Shown here in pieces: positions 23,504 to 24,966 of a stretch of DNA of 24,966 nucleotides. This DNA is from Akkermansia sp. (GTDB taxonomy: Bacteria > Verrucomicrobiota > Verrucomicrobiia > Limisphaerales > SIBH01): NCBI GenBank assembly GCA_043758205.1, contig JAYVNY010000153.1:1-24966 (forward strand), written 5' to 3'. Numbering within the stretch: the first letter of the stretch is position 1; every line of letters starts with the position of its first letter. Both the position numbers and the translations under genes were made by a program. Under the pieces are notes generated by a model, which saw only the letters and a list, made by a program, of their open reading frames with translations, made no database searches and was not told where the DNA came from.

Positions 23504-24804
23504 CGGTCACACTCTCCCATCACGAAATCAATCGAGCCGAGGATGCTCACCACGTCGCTCATCATGTGGCCGGGCAGCACATGCGACATGATGCTCAGGT
23601 TGCAGAAGGACGGCGCGCGAATCTTCAGCCGATACGGCGTACCGCCGCCGCGTGAGTTGATGTAGAAGCCCAGCTCGCCCTTCGGATTCTCCGCGCCGAA
23701 ATAAATTTCTCCGGGCGGTGCGTTCACGCCCTGCGTCACGTTGATGAACTGATGAATCAGTTCCTCCATGCTCGTCAGCACTTTGCTTTTCGGCGGCAAC
23801 GTCACCTTGCCATCCGCGATGTTCACCGGCTCCTGGCCTTCGTTATCCGCGCCGCCGGGAATGCGGTCGAGGCACTGGCGCACGATGCGCACGCTCTGGC
23901 GCATCTCTTCCATCCGCACGAGGTAGCGGTCGTAGCAGTCGCCGACCGAGCCGATGGGCACCTCGAACTCCAAATCCTTGTAGATGAGATACGGGTTGGC
24001 CTTGCGCACGTCGTAGTCCACGCCGCTGCCGCGCAGGTTCGGGCCGGTCAGTCCGTAGTCAATCGCGTCCTCCTTCGAGATGACGCCGACATCGCGCGTG
24101 CGATCCACGAAGATGCGATTGCGCGTGAGCAGCGTCTCCGACTCATCGAAGTTCACCACCACTTCGTCGCAGAACTTCCGCACCGCCGCGACCCAGCCCG
24201 GCGGCGTGTCGCGCGAAACGCCGCCGATGCGCGTGTAGCTCGTGGTGAACCGCGCGCCGGTCAGCGCCTCGAACAAGTTGTAGAGCTTCTCGCGTTCCGT
24301 GAACGTGTGCATGAACACGGTCAGCGCACCCACGTCCATCGCATACGCGCCCAGCCCGAGCAGATGCGCCGAGACGCGCGCCAGTTCGCAGCAGATCACG
24401 CGGATGTATTGGCAGCGCGGTGGCAGCTTCTGGTCAATACCCATCAGCTTTTCCACGGCCAGCGCGTAAGCCACGTTGTTCGCCAGCGGCGCGAGGTAAT
24501 CCAGTCGATCCGTGTACGGGATGAACTGGGTGTAAGTCATGTTCTCGGCGATTTTCTCGTCGCCGCGATGCAGGTAGCCGACATCGGGAATCGCCTTCGT
24601 GATGATCTCGCCATCCATCTCCAGCACGATGCGCAACACACCATGCGTGGACGGATGCGACGGTCCCATGTTAAGGACCATCTTCTCGCCTTCCATGTCG
24701 CCGGGCTGATTCTGCAACTCCGGCGCGACGACGCCCTGCTGCGCGTCCGCCGCGGCGATCCGCGAAGGCGCGTCACGAAAAGTGATTTCCTGGGTCGTGG
24801 CCAT
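23500..24804 (-). CDS. nuoD: NADH-quinone oxidoreductase subunit D
   Basis: Typical blocks are LNMGPSHPSTHGVLRIVLEMDGEII, GYLHRGDEKIAE and DRLDYL. The C-terminus reads PGHMMSDVVSILGSIDFVMGECDR. The ATG at 24804 directly abuts the nuoC stop. Confidence 0.95.
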   Translation of the reverse strand: MATTQEITFRDAPSRIAAADAQQGVVAPELQNQPGDMEGEKMVLNMGPSHPSTHGVLRIVLEMDGEIITKAIPDVGYLHRGDEKIAENMTYTQFIPYTDRLDYLAPLANNVAYALAVEKLMGIDQKLPPRCQYIRVICCELARVSAHLLGLGAYAMDVGALTVFMHTFTEREKLYNLFEALTGARFTTSYTRIGGVSRDTPPGWVAAVRKFCDEVVVNFDESETLLTRNRIFVDRTRDVGVISKEDAIDYGLTGPNLRGSGVDYDVRKANPYLIYKDLEFEVPIGSVGDCYDRYLVRMEEMRQSVRIVRQCLDRIPGGADNEGQEPVNIADGKVTLPPKSKVLTSMEELIHQFINVTQGVNAPPGEIYFGAENPKGELGFYINSRGGGTPYRLKIRAPSFCNLSIMSHVLPGHMMSDVVSILGSIDFVMGECDR

Positions 24805-24966
24805 TTACTTGTCTGGAGTGCGTACGCGCGGTTCACGATTCAACGCGCCGTTGCCACCCGCCACCGTAACGAACGGCCCGCCTTCCAGCGGCGCGGATTT
24901 GGTGAAAGCCACATCGGGAAGCTCCGACGGTTTGCCCGCGAGCGGAAAATCTTTGCGCAGCGGGAA
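24805..24966 (-). CDS. nuoC: NADH-quinone oxidoreductase subunit C, 3' end only (window edge)
   Basis: This is my own translation of the minus strand from 24966: FPLRKDFPLAGKPSELPDVAFTKSAPLEGGPFVTVAGGNGALNREPRVRTPDK then TAA (24807-24805). PLRKDFP is the conserved C-terminal NuoC motif. The fragment is too short to appear in the ORF track. Confidence 0.75.
   Translation of the reverse strand, partial: FPLRKDFPLAGKPSELPDVAFTKSAPLEGGPFVTVAGGNGALNREPRVRTPDK

Overview
High-GC bacterial chromosomal window. The gene content and the GC-rich hairpin repeats resemble PVC-superphylum (Verrucomicrobiota-like) genomes, but that placement is inference only. The plus strand (3-9522) carries a MoxR/Bat-type operon: moxR-like ATPase (5'-truncated), DUF58, DUF4381, BatA-like vWA, BatB-like vWA and a TPR/coiled-coil protein. 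An LpxR-family outer-membrane protein and a DEAD-box RNA helicase follow. The minus strand (9587-24966) carries the complex I operon nuoC (3' end only) through nuoN, followed by tRNA-Ala(GGC). None of these genes is unusual in itself. What stands out lies between them. (1) The nuo operon has otherwise 0-4 nt or overlapping junctions, yet five intercistronic junctions are interrupted. The insertions are an opposite-strand tRNA-Gln(CTG) between nuoE and nuoF, a Uma2-family nuclease gene between nuoF and nuoG, and an IS200-like/RAYT transposase with perfect inverted REP hairpins between nuoH and nuoI. A 146-nt triple-hairpin palindrome lies between nuoJ and nuoK, and a Phd-VapC toxin-antitoxin pair lies between nuoM and nuoN. 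The Uma2 and VapC genes are start/stop-coupled to the downstream nuo gene. (2) Every junction of the Bat operon is filled by a different hairpin element, and three of them have arms built from short (7-9 nt) tandem repeats. These elements inflate the raw ORF calls with spurious N-terminal extensions. Many long antisense ORFs in the track are high-GC artefacts. No CRISPR array, rRNA or obvious prophage is present. All family assignments come from reading motifs in the translations. No database search was run.
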